Assembly (NCBI GenBank): GCA_025558095.1
Contig: JAIVFI010000039.1
Coordinates: 1 to 64,000 of the forward strand
Length of the DNA: 64,000 nt
Direction: 5' to 3'
Source of the DNA: Hyaloraphidium curvatum SAG 235-1
Taxonomy: Eukaryota > Fungi > Monoblepharomycota
The notes below the pieces were generated by a model. The model made no database searches. It saw only the letters and a list, made by a program, of their open reading frames with translations, and was not told where the DNA came from. Shown here one piece after another: positions 1 to 11,923 of this stretch. The position numbers and the translations under genes were made by a program. The stretch's first letter is position 1. Each line of letters opens with the position of its first letter.

Positions 1-295
1 CGACGTCGGCAGCACCGGCGGCGGCCCGCTGGGCGTCCCGGTGAGGAGGTCCGCGACGTTGCCCGTCCACCGAACGCGCTCGTGCAGTGCCGGCAACCTG
101 CCCCCGGTCCGGGACGCGGCATGCGACCCGCCCCTGTCGGCCGCCGTCCACAGGCGGTCCGCGTTCAGTCCCGGCGCGGCGTAGCGCGGCAGCGCCCCGC
201 GTCCCTCCCCATCCGCCGGCGCCCCCCCGCCGGGTCCCGGCACCCGCGCGACGGCCGCGAACGCCGCCGTCCAGAGCAGCGCCCACGCGAGGCGC

Positions 296-1408
296 ATGAG
301 GAGCCCCATTCCGGCGGCCGGCGGCCGGACACGCGGATCCCCGGCAGGGCTTCCGACGTCACTAGGGGACGGCGGCTGGTGGGGGCGGATGGCAGCCAAC
401 TGTATCCTTGCACGGCCGACGTTGCTTGGCGGGCTGGCTGCCTCCATCGCGTTAAGCGAAGAGGATTCTTGCGAGGCCGGCGTCCGGTCGGCGACCGTGT
501 TTGCGGAGGCCGTGGCATCGGGCCGGGTCAAGGCAGCCGACGAAATGCGGGCGCGTGCCGCACTCGACGTGTTCCGCGGGTCGTGGCCGACGCTTCGGCG
601 GGTTTTTTTCAGAGTTTGGCGGGTCGCGGTCGAACCAGTGCCGGTTCGCAGCCTGGGGAGCCGTGGATGCCGCCAAGGGCGAGCCATGGACGGGAGGCCG
701 AGTCGAACAGGAACGGCTCCAGCACACGCGTGAAATCAACGAAACCTTCCGCTTTGCCGCCTACACTGCGGCGTTGGTGCTCTCGGGGCTCGTGGAGAGC
801 TCGCGCGCCGCTGCCCACCGGCTGGGGGACGTCCGTGGCTTCCTCGACGACCTCGTGCTCTCGACGGTGAACATGTCGTGCCTCTGGAAGCTGATGGTCG
901 CGCCCCGCGGCACGTTGCCCGCCGAAGAAGTTCTGGAGCAAGCCAAGAGGGATGTATTGGCGGGATTTGCCTTTGTGCAGGCATCAGCGACGAAGCCGCG
1001 GCCACGGGCCAGGCATTGTCGATCCCGCATCCGGCGCGACGGCACCTTCCCCGCCTCGGTTTTGTTGGGCGCCGTTTCGCCCTCGATGACTGTCCTCGAC
1101 CCGGATCCCGACGATCTTGCATACTGGCAGTCTCCACTGGGCGAGCTCACGATGACCTTGGTCCGGCCCGCCAAGTGCCTGGAGGACGCGATCGGAAGCG
1201 GACCCTGGACGCCCCCAGAGGCTTACTTCATCGCGACCTGGAGGAGGAGGGCTGCGACGTTTGCGGGGGCAGGATCTTGCAGCGCTGTTCGGGCTGCAAG
1301 GTGGCGCGGTACTGTGGGGTCGACTGCCAGAGAGCGGCGCGGGCGGGGCACAGGGATGGAGTGGTCTGCGTGATTGCAGTACATCGTCATTGTCGGTTTA
1401 GGAAGTGA
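296..1408 (+). pseudogene. MYND zinc-finger family gene, frameshifted
   Basis: Homology runs across three frames (296..733, 501..1373, 878..1408) and ends in MYND-like CDVCGGRILQRCSGCKVARYCGVDCQRAARAGH. One frame switch is at a T7 run (603-609). WGAVDAAKGEPWT resembles FGSLDAWSGEPWT in the paralogue near 30750. The start is uncertain. Confidence 0.65.
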
Positions 1409-1695
1409 TTGTGCGTTGGCAGCGAGCGGCATCGGCACCCGAATCGCCCCCGGACGGGCCCGGCTGGCGCCCAGAGACAGTTCACGTTCTCACGGAGAAT
1501 GCCAAGCTCCACGTGATGCAAGCCACCGAGGAGCTTGCTTCCAGATGGCGTGCCGGGGGACCGCTGCGACCATTGCGGGACCGAGGCGACCGCCCTGCTG
1601 CGCTGGCCGGGCTGAAATTGTCGCGGTACTGCGGGGCCGACTGCCTGCGAGCGGTCCGGGCGGAGCACAGAGCGATGTGGAGGGAGTGGTCGTGA
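1405..1695 (+). pseudogene. degenerate MYND-finger fragment
   Basis: LKLSRYCGADCLRAVRAEHRAMWREWS is a decayed MYND C-terminal half; the upstream CDHC (tgcgaccattgc) is in another frame. Confidence 0.55.
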
Positions 1696-1768
1696 CCTCC
1701 GCGCAGCAGGCCAAGATGGAGAATCTTCAACTGAAGACAACGGATCTCATGTAGCAGCCCATTCACTC

Positions 1769-2161
1769 TTGCTTACCGATCAGTCCATCGACGTCTCTAT
1801 CCTGGTTTCCGTGCTGGTTGCGGACCGATCAAGTTTCCGCGCGGACACCAGTTTAGCAATGCAGGCGCTCGACGGGTCCGACTGGACACCCGAGCTGGTA
1901 TCCATGCTCCTGGACCGCGTCAACGCCGCCTCCCGAGAGGCCAACGCCGAGCTGGACGTGTTCTGCGCGGTTGCCGACGAGGTGCGGCGCCGAAGGGGAG
2001 TCCGGGGCCCGGCACGACAACGGCCGCGAACGCCGCGGCCCAGAGCAGCGCCGGCGCGAGGCGCAGGAGCAACCTCATCCCGGCGGGCCGCGGCCGACTC
2101 GGGCCGGAGCGATCGATCCCTTGGGAAGCTTCCGACCTCACTAGGGAATCGCGGCTGGTGA
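1769..2161 (+). pseudogene. N-terminal fragment of the same MYND-associated gene family
   Basis: About 2020-2160 is a diverged direct copy of about 250-380 (LPTSLGNRGW vs LPTSLGDGGW). DWTPELVSMLLDRV resembles GWTTEMIDAVVARV at 31180(-). Confidence 0.5.
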
Positions 2162-2253
2162 CAGCCATCTCGTCCGGGCCTCCACGGCTTCTCTTCCGCC
2201 GCCGGCGACGAGTCAGCAGCCGCATCGGCGTCGATCCCGTCGGGCGGCCGCGG

Positions 2254-4923
2254 CTACCGTCCCTCCCCTTCCACGCGCCCGCGGGAAAAGCGCGCCGCAC
2301 ACCTCCCCGCCCTATCCAGGTCCACGAACCGCTCCCACACCTCCCGCCACCCCGCATCCGCCCTCCCGTTCGTCCCCTCCCGCACTGTGCCGCGGCTCCA
2401 CGGCTTGCGCCCTTTGGTCGCCCAGTGCAGCACCTTGGCGCCCATGACCGCCGCCGCCGCAGCAGCGGGCGTCCCCGGCGTTGCCGCGCGGATCTCGTTC
2501 CACGCCGCCGCATGCAAGTGGATACCCTCCCTGCCCAGGGTGAGAGACCATTCGGGCTGCAGCGGGGGCCGGAACGCCGCGGATATGGAGTTGGCGCGCA
2601 CCAGCGCGTCCGCGCTGTCCTCGAACCGCAGCGCCCGGAGCATGCACAGGTTCGCAACCAGCATGCCTGCGTTGACCGCCGGCAGCCCGCCGATCGCCGC
2701 GCCGGCGGGCAGCCCCAGCCGTCGGGAGAGGTGCCCCGCGCGCGCGAGGTCCGCGGGCGGCCACCAGTCCCCGTACGTCTTCCCCGGATCGGCGAATCCG
2801 GCCGCCTTGCCGGTCCGAAGCAGCTCCCCCACCGGCCCCGCTCGCCTCTCCGCCGCGGCGGCGCGGCGCGCCTCGGCCCTGGGACCCGACGCGTCCCGCG
2901 GGTCGGGCCACGGCCGGAGCATCCCGCGATCCTCCCCCGGGTCGGCCAGGAACACGGCGTCCAGGTCCGCCACGATCACGAGCTCGCAGCCCAGCTCGGG
3001 CCACAGGGATGGGAGGAACAGGCGCGCGGCGTTCTCGGGCCCGTTGAGGTACGCGTGCGAAGGGCTCGAGACGGGTGGCAGCAGGTCCGCGGGGATGCGG
3101 CGGAGGTGCATGCCAGGGTGGGAGAGGGTGGGCATGGCGAGGGGGATGCCCGAATGGGGGGAGAAGGCAGTGGCGTTTGCGCGCGCCGGGGGCGTGGAGG
3201 GCGCGAGGCCCATGCAGGCCAGGAAGGAGAGCACCGGAGCTGGATCGCCGGCTGTGAGTATGTAGAATGAGGGATGCAGGGGCGGGGCGCCGGCAAACGC
3301 GGTGCGCGCGGCCGCTCGGCGGAGCGAGGTGATCACGGCCGCCAGGCCAGAGAGGTAATCGCCGCCGTCCGCGCCGACGGCCAGCACCACCTTGAGCGGC
3401 CGGTCGTAGGCACTGCGGGTGCCCAGGAAGCCCGGGTCGGCGGCGCAGTCGGACGCCAACACTGGGCCAGGCGCGGCGGTGGAGCAGTTGGGCAGGTACG
3501 GGTTGGCTTCGCCGAGAACGGCCTCGGCGGGCAGACTCGGCTTGCGGTCGGCGATCGGGCGGGCAAACAGCTCCTCCAATGCGCGGGTCTGATCGGCCGT
3601 GAAGAGCGCGCCCTCCGCCGCCCGTCGCTCGAGCTGTGCGATCTCGGCGAGCTGCTGCGCCCTACTGCGTTCGTGTTCCTGCCGGGTGATGGCCGGGCGC
3701 AGGTGGGGCGCGTCGATCATGTGGGCATGCAGCGCGACGCGGCCGGCCAGCACCGTCAGGGCTTCGCGGCACGAGTCGGTCGGGGTAAACCAGTCGCAGC
3801 CGTCCAGCGAGAAGCGTGGGCGGGTCCAGAATGCCGCGACGGCGACCACGGACGAAGCGGCCGCGAGGAGCCTCAGCCAGCCCCGAGGCGGACGCGGTCC
3901 GCGGGGCAGCATCCTCGCCGTCGACGCCAACATGTCTTCCAGCGCGGGTTCCGCGGCAGCGCAGAGCACAGCTGTGGTCGTGACGGTGGCGCCGAGCGCC
4001 TCCCGGGGGCCGGGCACCCTTTCCGTCACAAAGGCGTCGAAAGCATAAGAGAGCAGAACGCCCAGGGTTCCGATGGTGATGATACGCGGCGCCGGAACGT
4101 GCTTGGACGCCCAGGCCCTCATGGTGGTGCTGACGGCGCCCGTGGCGGCCACCACGGCGATGCAAAGCAGGTCAGGGAGGTCGACGCACGCGGCGCGGAC
4201 GACTGCAGGGATGCGGCCGGCTGCGAGGTCCGTCCCATGCGCCCGGAGCCACGCCGGCAGGGCGACGCAGAACTGGCCCGCGGTGCCCGCCATGGCCAAG
4301 TGCTGGGCAGAGAGCGGTGCCAGCGGGCCGCGCAGCAGGACCGCCCGGCCGTGCACCGACTGCAACGCAAAGAGCGCGGCAGCGGCGAGGGCGAGCAGCA
4401 CGAACGGCAGCTCGAGCGCCCCGCCGGTCGCGGTGCCGAGGAGGGCCACGCCGAGCACGGCCAGCAGGGCGCCCAGGGCTGCGGCGGGCGACACGGGCTC
4501 GCCAAGCCAGATCGACGACATCGGAACGGCCCACAGCGCAGACGTCGCGCTCAGCGCCGCTGCGGGGCCGGCCCCAAGCGTCCGCGCGGCAGCGAGGTGC
4601 GCCGAGAACCCGATGCCCGTGACGGCGGCGCGGAACAGCAGGTGCGGCAGCGCACCCGGCGGTACCACGGCGGAGAGGCCGCCGGCGCACCACAGCTGGA
4701 TGGCGATCAGCGGCGCACCCGCCGAGCGCACGAGGAGCGCATCGGCGAGCGGGCGCTTTCCACCCGGGAAACCCCGCTCGACGTAGAGGCGCGCCGCAAC
4801 CAGGGAAAGCGCGCTGTACGCCGGTGCCGCAACCGCCGCCAGGAGCGCACGCCCCTCGGGCCCCGCCATCGCCCCCGCCCGTCCTTCGGGAGGACCGGCC
4901 GCAGCTGCCAGCCACACGGCCAT
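2254..4923 (-). CDS. EamA/DMT-family transporter fused to a GT8 glycosyltransferase
   Basis: Single uninterrupted ORF. The N-terminal ~330 aa has about 10 hydrophobic helices with EamA-like WLGEPVS..ALGALLAVLGV. The C-terminal part has GT8 motifs AARLFLPSLW, VADLDAV (DxD), VNAGMLVANL, WN and VLHWATKGRKPW. The start ATG (4923 or 4869) is uncertain. Confidence 0.75.
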   Translation of the reverse strand: MAVWLAAAAGPPEGRAGAMAGPEGRALLAAVAAPAYSALSLVAARLYVERGFPGGKRPLADALLVRSAGAPLIAIQLWCAGGLSAVVPPGALPHLLFRAAVTGIGFSAHLAAARTLGAGPAAALSATSALWAVPMSSIWLGEPVSPAAALGALLAVLGVALLGTATGGALELPFVLLALAAAALFALQSVHGRAVLLRGPLAPLSAQHLAMAGTAGQFCVALPAWLRAHGTDLAAGRIPAVVRAACVDLPDLLCIAVVAATGAVSTTMRAWASKHVPAPRIITIGTLGVLLSYAFDAFVTERVPGPREALGATVTTTAVLCAAAEPALEDMLASTARMLPRGPRPPRGWLRLLAAASSVVAVAAFWTRPRFSLDGCDWFTPTDSCREALTVLAGRVALHAHMIDAPHLRPAITRQEHERSRAQQLAEIAQLERRAAEGALFTADQTRALEELFARPIADRKPSLPAEAVLGEANPYLPNCSTAAPGPVLASDCAADPGFLGTRSAYDRPLKVVLAVGADGGDYLSGLAAVITSLRRAAARTAFAGAPPLHPSFYILTAGDPAPVLSFLACMGLAPSTPPARANATAFSPHSGIPLAMPTLSHPGMHLRRIPADLLPPVSSPSHAYLNGPENAARLFLPSLWPELGCELVIVADLDAVFLADPGEDRGMLRPWPDPRDASGPRAEARRAAAAERRAGPVGELLRTGKAAGFADPGKTYGDWWPPADLARAGHLSRRLGLPAGAAIGGLPAVNAGMLVANLCMLRALRFEDSADALVRANSISAAFRPPLQPEWSLTLGREGIHLHAAAWNEIRAATPGTPAAAAAAVMGAKVLHWATKGRKPWSRGTVREGTNGRADAGWREVWERFVDLDRAGRCAARFSRGRVEGEGR

Positions 4924-5297
4924 CCGCTTCCCGCGCCCCGCAACTTCCGCATCCCGCCTCCGTAACAACCTCCGCAGCAAAGCCCCGGGACAAAATGCCT
5001 CAGCACACGTGGCTACGAGGATTGGCGGCGAACGTACTGCCGACTCGTGAACCGAATCGCGAGACCCTCCGACAGCGGCCCCCGAAGGAACGCGTAAACC
5101 TCTGATTTCGCGATCTGCGTCCTCGAAACTGTCAATGCGTTACAGAAGCAAGCACCCGAACGCCCTTACAATGCGGGGGATGCATCTGCGATGCCTTCCG
5201 GAGCGGCCGTCGGTTCCCGCTTCCCAGCCGACTGGGCTGGCCGGCTGCGGCGCCGGCGGCTTCCATCAACACAATCTCCCGCCCACCGAACCCCTCG

Positions 5298-7047
5298 ATG
5301 GAGCCCGTCGGCCGCACATTCGGTGTTGGCGAGTCCTTCGTCCCCGCGCCTCACTGGCCCGCCGACGGGGAGCGCGCCGTCGTGCGCCGGCTCGATTGGC
5401 GGGTCGTGCCCGTGGCGTGGTGCCTCTATTTCTGCGCCAACCTCGACCGCGGGGCGCTCGGGAACGCAAAGGTGCTCAACAGCGGGACGGACGGGTCGAT
5501 TGAGGTGGGTCGTGGCGGCGCCGGCGCGGTGGCGGGACGGCAGCTGACTTCCCAGTTCCGCCGCCACGCTCCTACGTCCGCAGGCGGTCTGGGGTCTCGA
5601 GGGCGTGCAGTACAACTGGATCATCTCCATATGCTCCATCGGCATCGCGGTGTGCGAACCCTGGTCCAATGTCGTGCTGCGCTACCTCGGCCCCCGCAAG
5701 TGGTTCGCCAGGATCATGCTCACCTGCACGTCTTCCCCGTTCTGTTCCTCCGCGGGCCCTCCTGATACGTCGTTTTCTCCAGGGGGCATCATCGCCGCGT
5801 GCCAGGCCGCCGTCACCAACTTTGCCGGCGCCATGGTCGCCCGCTTCTTCCTCGGCTGCGCCGAGGCCGGCGTCTTCTCCGGCGTCCCGTTCTACCTCGC
5901 GGTGTGGTTCACCCAGGCCGAGCGCACCCGTAGGCTGGCCTACTCGTACACGGGACACCAGCTTGCGTCGGCCGTCGGCGGGTTCATCGCCATCGGAGTC
6001 CAGTACATGGACGGCATGGGCGGGCTCTATTCGTGGCAGTGGCGGGTGGTCGTCTCGCGGTCGGTACGTCGTCGGGCTCTGACCTCCTTCCCGCGCAGGC
6101 TCTTCATTCTCGAGGGCATCGTACCCATCATCGCCTCGGTCTTCTTCTTCTTCTTCGTGCCCGAGAACCCGGACGACGCCCCGTTCCTCTCCGAGGAGCA
6201 GCGCCGCATTGCTGTGGACCGCCTGCCCCCCACCGCCCCGCGGCGCGACGAGCCGCTCTCCTGGGCCGAGGCCCGGCGGGAGCTGGCCGACCCCGTGCTG
6301 TGGATGTTCACCGCCGTCGTCACCCTCTTTGCGACCGCGGCCACCGGCCAGTCCTCCCTGCAGCCCTCAATCGTGCAGGGTATCGGCGTCGGCGGCGGGA
6401 AGAACTCGGTGGCGGCCAACGGCTACTCGGCCATGATCAACCTGTGCCAGGCCGCAGCGGCGATCATCGTGTCGTGGTCGTGCGACAGGACCGGGGACAG
6501 GTACTGGCACGGACTTGCGGCATTCTGGTCCTGTGTCCTGGTGGGGTACCTCCCCCTGGCCATCACCTCGCTGCGGCCGTCGTCGGTGCCCCCGCAGCTG
6601 CGGCTCTTCTTCCTGGTCGTCCTCAACTGCTGCTCCACGGCCACCTTTATCACCAAAGTGTTCGTTCGCCCGCCGCCTTCACAAGCGCTCACTTGCTGAC
6701 ACCGATCCGCCCCGCCCCGCAGGACGTACCGGGTCAATACCGGCCGCGGCGCCACCAGCACCGCCGTCGGCACCGCCGCCATCTTCACCGGCCAGGCCGT
6801 CGCTCAGGTCATCGGCCCCTTCCTGTACCCCAACTCGGCGGCGCCGACCTACACGTGGGGCCTGTTCGCGGGGATGGGGCTGGCGGCGTCGGCGGGGACT
6901 GTGTGGGCGTTCATCCCGTTCGCCATCAGGAGGAGGGACGCGAGGGGGGGGTCGGCGGTGTTGGTCGAGAGCGCCGAGGAGGAGGCGGCGGTGGTGGCGG
7001 AGAAGGCCGCCGACCCAGCAAAGGTGGACGTCGATGTGAAGGCCTAA
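5298..7047 (+). CDS. MFS transporter (Dal5/TNA1-like anion:cation symporter family), multi-exon
   Basis: ERAVVRRLDWRVVP, NLDRGALGNAK, ARFFLGCAEAG and GGLYSWQWLFILEG motifs; about 4 GT-AG introns; TAA at 7045-7047. Confidence 0.9.
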
Positions 7048-7116
7048 GTCTGATTTACGTTTGTATGTATGTTATTGGTTTGTACGAACTGTGTCCGCGT
7101 AGGCAAGAGTGGGAAG

Positions 7117-7172
7117 AGGTAGTGGGAAGAGGAAGGCTTACGCCTAGCAGGTAGTGGGAAGAGGAAGGCTTA
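7117..7172. repeat. 24-bp direct repeat AGGTAGTGGGAAGAGGAAGGCTTA x2
   Basis: Copies at 7117-7140 and 7149-7172, plus a partial copy at 7108, between convergent genes. Confidence 0.85.
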
Positions 7173-7287
7173 GGTCTCGGGTCAGACCCCTTGAGCAAAT
7201 TCCGTTAGGCGTGCAGCTTCCGGCCGGCTGCGACGTGTCCATGACCACGACCTACCCGCCACACGACCAAGCCCGTCCGCAAAGCCG

Positions 7288-7990
7288 TCACGCAGCCGGC
7301 ACATCCACGCGGCAGACCTCGATGCGCCCCGGCTTCTCCCCCTCGCCCCGGGAAAAGTCGGACGGCGCGGTCGCGATCACCAGAGTCCCCCCGTCCTCGC
7401 CCGCCAGCGCGACTGAGAAGGACGGCAGCGACGTGGTCACGGTGCGGGTGGCGCCACCTCCTTGGGCGATGCGGGGGAGCGTGGTGCCGATGGCGTTGGC
7501 GACCCAGACTGCGTACGATACGTTGGCCCGCGATCGCATGGCGGACGGCGGCTCCTACCTCCCCCTTCCTTGTCCATGCAGATCCCGTCCGGCATGCATC
7601 CCGGCGTTTCCGCCCACACCGCACGGTCCGAGAGGCGCCCCGTGTCGGGATCGACGGCGAACGACGTCAGGCGGAAGCCGAAGGTCTCGGCGATGATGAG
7701 CGCCCGGCCGTCGGGGCGGAGGGCGATGCCGTTGCAGAAGCTGGCGGGCGACGGGTGAACAGGGGTTGGCCCGAGGGGAGGAAGCCCATGCCATTTGTGC
7801 TCTCGTCGAAGGAGCGCAGGGTTTCCACCGCGCCTGTCGACGGGTCGAACTTCATGAGCGTCCGGTCGAGGACGTCGGCAAAGAGGACGGCGCGCGCCGC
7901 GCGGCTCCACCGGAGCCCCTCGCCGAAGTTGATGCCGGAGAAGGCGACGGTGGCGGTCGATGTCGGCGGGGGAATCGCGTCGGGCGGCAT
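7288..7990 (-). pseudogene. SMP-30/gluconolactonase/LRE family gene with internal deletion and frameshift
   Basis: FGEGLRW, NGMGFLP, FCNGIALRPDGRALIIAET, PDGICMD and VWVA motifs. The middle blades between GQPLF and FCNG are missing and the frame changes near 7750. Confidence 0.7.
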
Positions 7991-8190
7991 CTTGGGCGGC
8001 GGGGTCCTCGCGGGGGGGGCGAACGCGCGCGAGGGAGACAGTTGCTTCCCCTTAGCACGTTGAGGCACTTTGACGAAAAGGACTAAACAACGCGCTCTGG
8101 CTATCCAAATGATCACCGCGCGCAACTAAAGCACGGAGACGCGCGAGTGACGAGCGAAGCGCGAGGCGCCTGGGTCGGCAACCGGCGCTC

Positions 8191-8413
8191 ATGGTCCGCT
8201 GCGCACCCTACACGTCATCGGTTTTCGGACTGCATGCGCATGGTGCCATGCGTGCGTTTCTCGAGTCGCCAATGGTGGACGGTTGCAACCTGTGCGGCTC
8301 GGAAGTGGAGTCGCTGCGCCGGTGCGGGGGCTACAAGTTCGCCCCGGAGCGGGGAGGAATGCCAGCGCGAGGCGTGTGTGGATCACAAGGCGGCGTGCAA
8401 GGAGTGCTCATGA
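8191..8413 (+). pseudogene. MYND-finger remnant
   Basis: CNLCGSEVESLRRCGGYK in one frame and CQREACVDHKAACKECS in another. Confidence 0.55.
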
Positions 8414-8469
8414 GCCAATCCCAATGTATTCTCCGTTCAGCTCAGTATCACGCCCTGAAGCACACTGCT

Positions 8470-9195
8470 CTACTCGTCACCCTCCTTCTTGTCCAGCACC
8501 TCCTCCCTTATGGCCTTGGCGGCAAACAACGTCCAGCAGACCGTCTTGACGGCGAAGCTGAGGAACATGAGGCGGCGGTACAGGGGGTGGCCGTATGCGT
8601 GTCGGGGCTTCTCCGCTGCCGGCCGGCGTGGGGATGGTGAGCCAGCGACAGCGGGAAATCGCGCGACGGCGACACGGTACCCATTGCGCCGGGCAAGAAG
8701 AGCTGCAAAGCGTGGTGTCAGCGATCGTATCGCGTCCCGAACAAGAACGGGGACGAACCGCAGCGTTGGTCCAGCAGGCCACGATGAATGGCCACAGAAT
8801 CCTCCGGTCGATGGTCTTCCAGAACCTCGTCCCGCTCATGGCAATTTGGATCGCGCCCATGATGATAAAATCAATGTGCGCTGCAGGAGACGCGTCCGTG
8901 GGAGCGGGGGACATCCGCGTTCCGGTTCGTGTCCCGGGTCAGTGCCCCCTCGTCCACCCACGCGCCACCGGCGCCCACCCACCCTGCAACACGATGCTCC
9001 GATGCTTGAACGGCCCCACGTGGGCGCCGCCGGTCATCCCCTGGATCACCCAGCCGAAGTAGACCGCGAGCGTGATCTCCGACACCCTTTTCCTGCGCGT
9101 CAGCGCTGCGGATCCCGGCGCGCGCGACGGGGGAACGGGTACCCCGAGACGAGGAGCGGGTTGCGGACCGCGGGAGGGGAGGAGGAGGCGGGCAT
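8470..9195 (-). CDS. small multi-exon membrane protein, unknown function
   Basis: Hydrophobic exons (ITLAVYFGWVIQG; AHIDFIIMGAIQIAMS..ILWPFIVACWTNAA; LMFLSFAVKTVCWTLFAA) separated by GT-AG introns. Confidence 0.55.
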
Positions 9196-9630
9196 CGCGG
9201 CGGGAGTGGGGAAGGAGTGCGGTGCGGAGCGGCCGGGAAAATCCCTCCGATCGTCGATCGGCGGGCCAGACGGGCCAGGCGGGCGTTGCGGCGGGTGCCC
9301 AGAGAATCCGGGCGGGATTGAAAACAAAGGGCATTAGTGATGGCGATGGAAAATTGAGTCGGATCCCGAGGAGATGCTTTGCCCGAAGAGGGTGCGGATC
9401 AGATGGCCGTGTCCGGTGCAGGCCGACGGCAGAGTTTTCCGGGGTGCCAGGTGGCACCAGGTGACGGTGATTCCACTGACCACTGATAGATGAATCCGGG
9501 TAGCTTCTCGTGGATGTTACTGCCCCGCCTTTTGTCGATTCTGTCTTGAACGGCTGGCCGTTGGCGGGGCAAGCGGGACGGCGGGCCCGCGTCGCCAACC
9601 GTCGACTCTGCCCCGGATCCGCCCGCCCCC

Positions 9631-11923
9631 ATGGCGTCCCCCGGCGTGCGCGCCACGCGGCGGTCGCTCGCGCTCGCGGGCAAGGAGAACGCCGAGGCCA
9701 ACGCCGTGCCGGGCGGCGCGCCGCCGCCGGCGGAGGGCAAGCCGGCCGCGCCGGCGCCCGCGCCGTTGCCGGCGGATCCCGCGGCGGATTCCACGCAGGA
9801 CACGGCCGGCAGCGCAGAGACGGCCGTGGAGATGCTGTTCGAACCCGCGGACGCGGAGGGCGCCGCGGCGGACGGGGAGATCCCACGTGGGTGGGCAAAC
9901 CGCCGCCCGCCCGCCGGCACCGATACGCTCCCCGCAGCCCCGCCGCCGGCCAAGCGCCCCACGACCCTCTTCGACTCGGGATCGGACTCGGAGCTCTCGG
10001 TGCACACGGACTCGGACGACGAGCGCGAGGCGCGCGCAAAGAGGCACGCCGAGAAGCGCCGCCGCGCCGACAGCCCGCCGCCCAAGCCGCGCGAGGACGT
10101 GTGGAAGATGTGCACGCCGAGCCCGCTGATGCTCAAGAAGGAGGAGGCAGGGGGGTACGTCCGCGCGGGGCTGTACTCGGCGGACTTCAAGGCCGGGAAC
10201 GGCGTGCAGCCCGCGCAGAAGGAGGAGGAGCCGGCGACGCGGTCGGGCAGGCCTCGCGCCGCCCCCGCCCCCGTTCGGTCGTGCCCCTCGGAGCCGTTCA
10301 AGTTCGGCCTGCCCGTGCACTGGGGCCTCGTGCTGCTCGAGACGGAGCGCGAGTTCGAGCTGGCGTACGACCTGCTGGACATGAACGAGCAAGTGGGGAT
10401 CAACGGGACCACGGGCATCGACGAGGTGGGCCGCCACCCCCGAACGTCCTCCTCGCTCTGATCCCCTCCTTGCCCCCCACCGCAGATCCGGATAGCGGTC
10501 AACTACGTCCCGCCGTCGCGCTACGAAAAGATCCGGCGCAGTAGGCCTCCCCTAACCACCCGCTCTCCCCGACTCACCCCCATCACCCCAGACATCTTCC
10601 TCGAGCGCAAGCCCAACAACGAGGCCTGGCCGCCCTGCATGTGCACGCCGCCCGACGACGGCTCGCCCGGGTGCCTGGACGACTGCATCAACCGGTGGGC
10701 CGCGCGCCGCCCGTCCCCGTCGCGTGCGCTGACCTGCCCCCCGACGGCAGTGCGACCTGGGTCGAGTGCAACCCCAAGACGTGCCCGTGCGGGAGCAGGT
10801 GCTCGAACCAGCGGTTCCAGCGCGGGGAGAGGGTGAAGGAGCTCGAGGTGTGCTACGTGGGTTGCCCCAACGCGTCGCCCCCGCCGTCCCTAACCCCCGG
10901 TTTCCACCCCGGTTCTGCAGACCCTCGACCGCGGCCACGGCCTCAAGACGCTCGTTCCCCTCTCCCCGGGCCAGCTGATCGTCGAGTACCGCGGCGAGGT
11001 GATCAGCGAGGACACGATGCTGGACCGGATGGCCTCGGACCCGCGCGCGATCTACTTCCTCGCGTACGAGGAGGGCGAGGTGATCGACGCGTGCAGGAGG
11101 GGGAGCGAGGCGCGGTTCGTGAACCATTCGTGCGAGCCCAACACGCACATCGAGAAGTGGTGGGTCGCCGCTGCCACCCCTCCTTCCTGCTGCGGCAGCT
11201 GACGGCCCCGCCCCCGCCCCGCCCGGCAGGAGGGTCAACGGCGAGTTCTGCGTCGGCGTGTTCGCCTCCCGCGCCATCCCCGCCGGCGCCGAGCTCACGT
11301 ACGACTACAAGTTCGAGAGCGTGGGGGAGATGCTGCAGTGCCGGTGCGGCGCGGCCAGGTGCAGGGGGTTCATCGGGGAGAACTCGCGGGCCGAGGGGGA
11401 GGATCCCCGGCGCGGGAAGAGGGGGGGCAAGGCGGCCGAGGCGGGGAAGCCCAAGAAGAAGGTTGGTCGGCGCCGGCGCGGAGGAGGGCGGCGGTGCTGA
11501 TCGCCGGCGTCGGAAGGTCGTGGACCACGAGCGGATCTGGTGGCTGCGCAAGCAGAAGCGCGACGCGTTCGCGGCGGCGCTCAAGGAGGTCTCGCGCAAC
11601 GCGGCCTACTACCGCGCCGCGGGGATCTTCCTGCTGCGCAACATGCGGGCCATGGAGCAGGTGGGTCCCTTCCTCGTTGCGGTGCAGTCCGGGGAGGCGG
11701 TCCCGCTGACGACGCCTCCCGGACGCAGGTCCTCATGGTCCCCCTCCCCGGCGAACCCAAGTTCTCCGCATCCAAGCCCGCCCCCCCGCCTGGCCCCCCG
11801 CGCGTGCGCCGCCCGCTGCGCGAGGTGTTCCCGGGGAAGCACGGCCGCGGGGTGCTTGCGGGGCTGTTCCCGGCGCCGGAGGGGTACGTCGCGCCGAGGA
11901 AGGGGAAGGGGGCGAGGAGGTGA
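9631..11923 (+). CDS. SET-domain histone lysine methyltransferase (AWS-SET-postSET; ASH1-like H3K36 MTase)
   Basis: AWS CLDDCINR..VECNPKTCPCGSRCSNQRFQR; SET RGHGL, VEYRGEVI, ARFVNHSCEPN, ELTYDY; post-SET CRCGAARCRGFIG. Upstream AGLYS and FKFGLP motifs suggest the ASH1 subfamily. Multiple introns. Confidence 0.9.
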
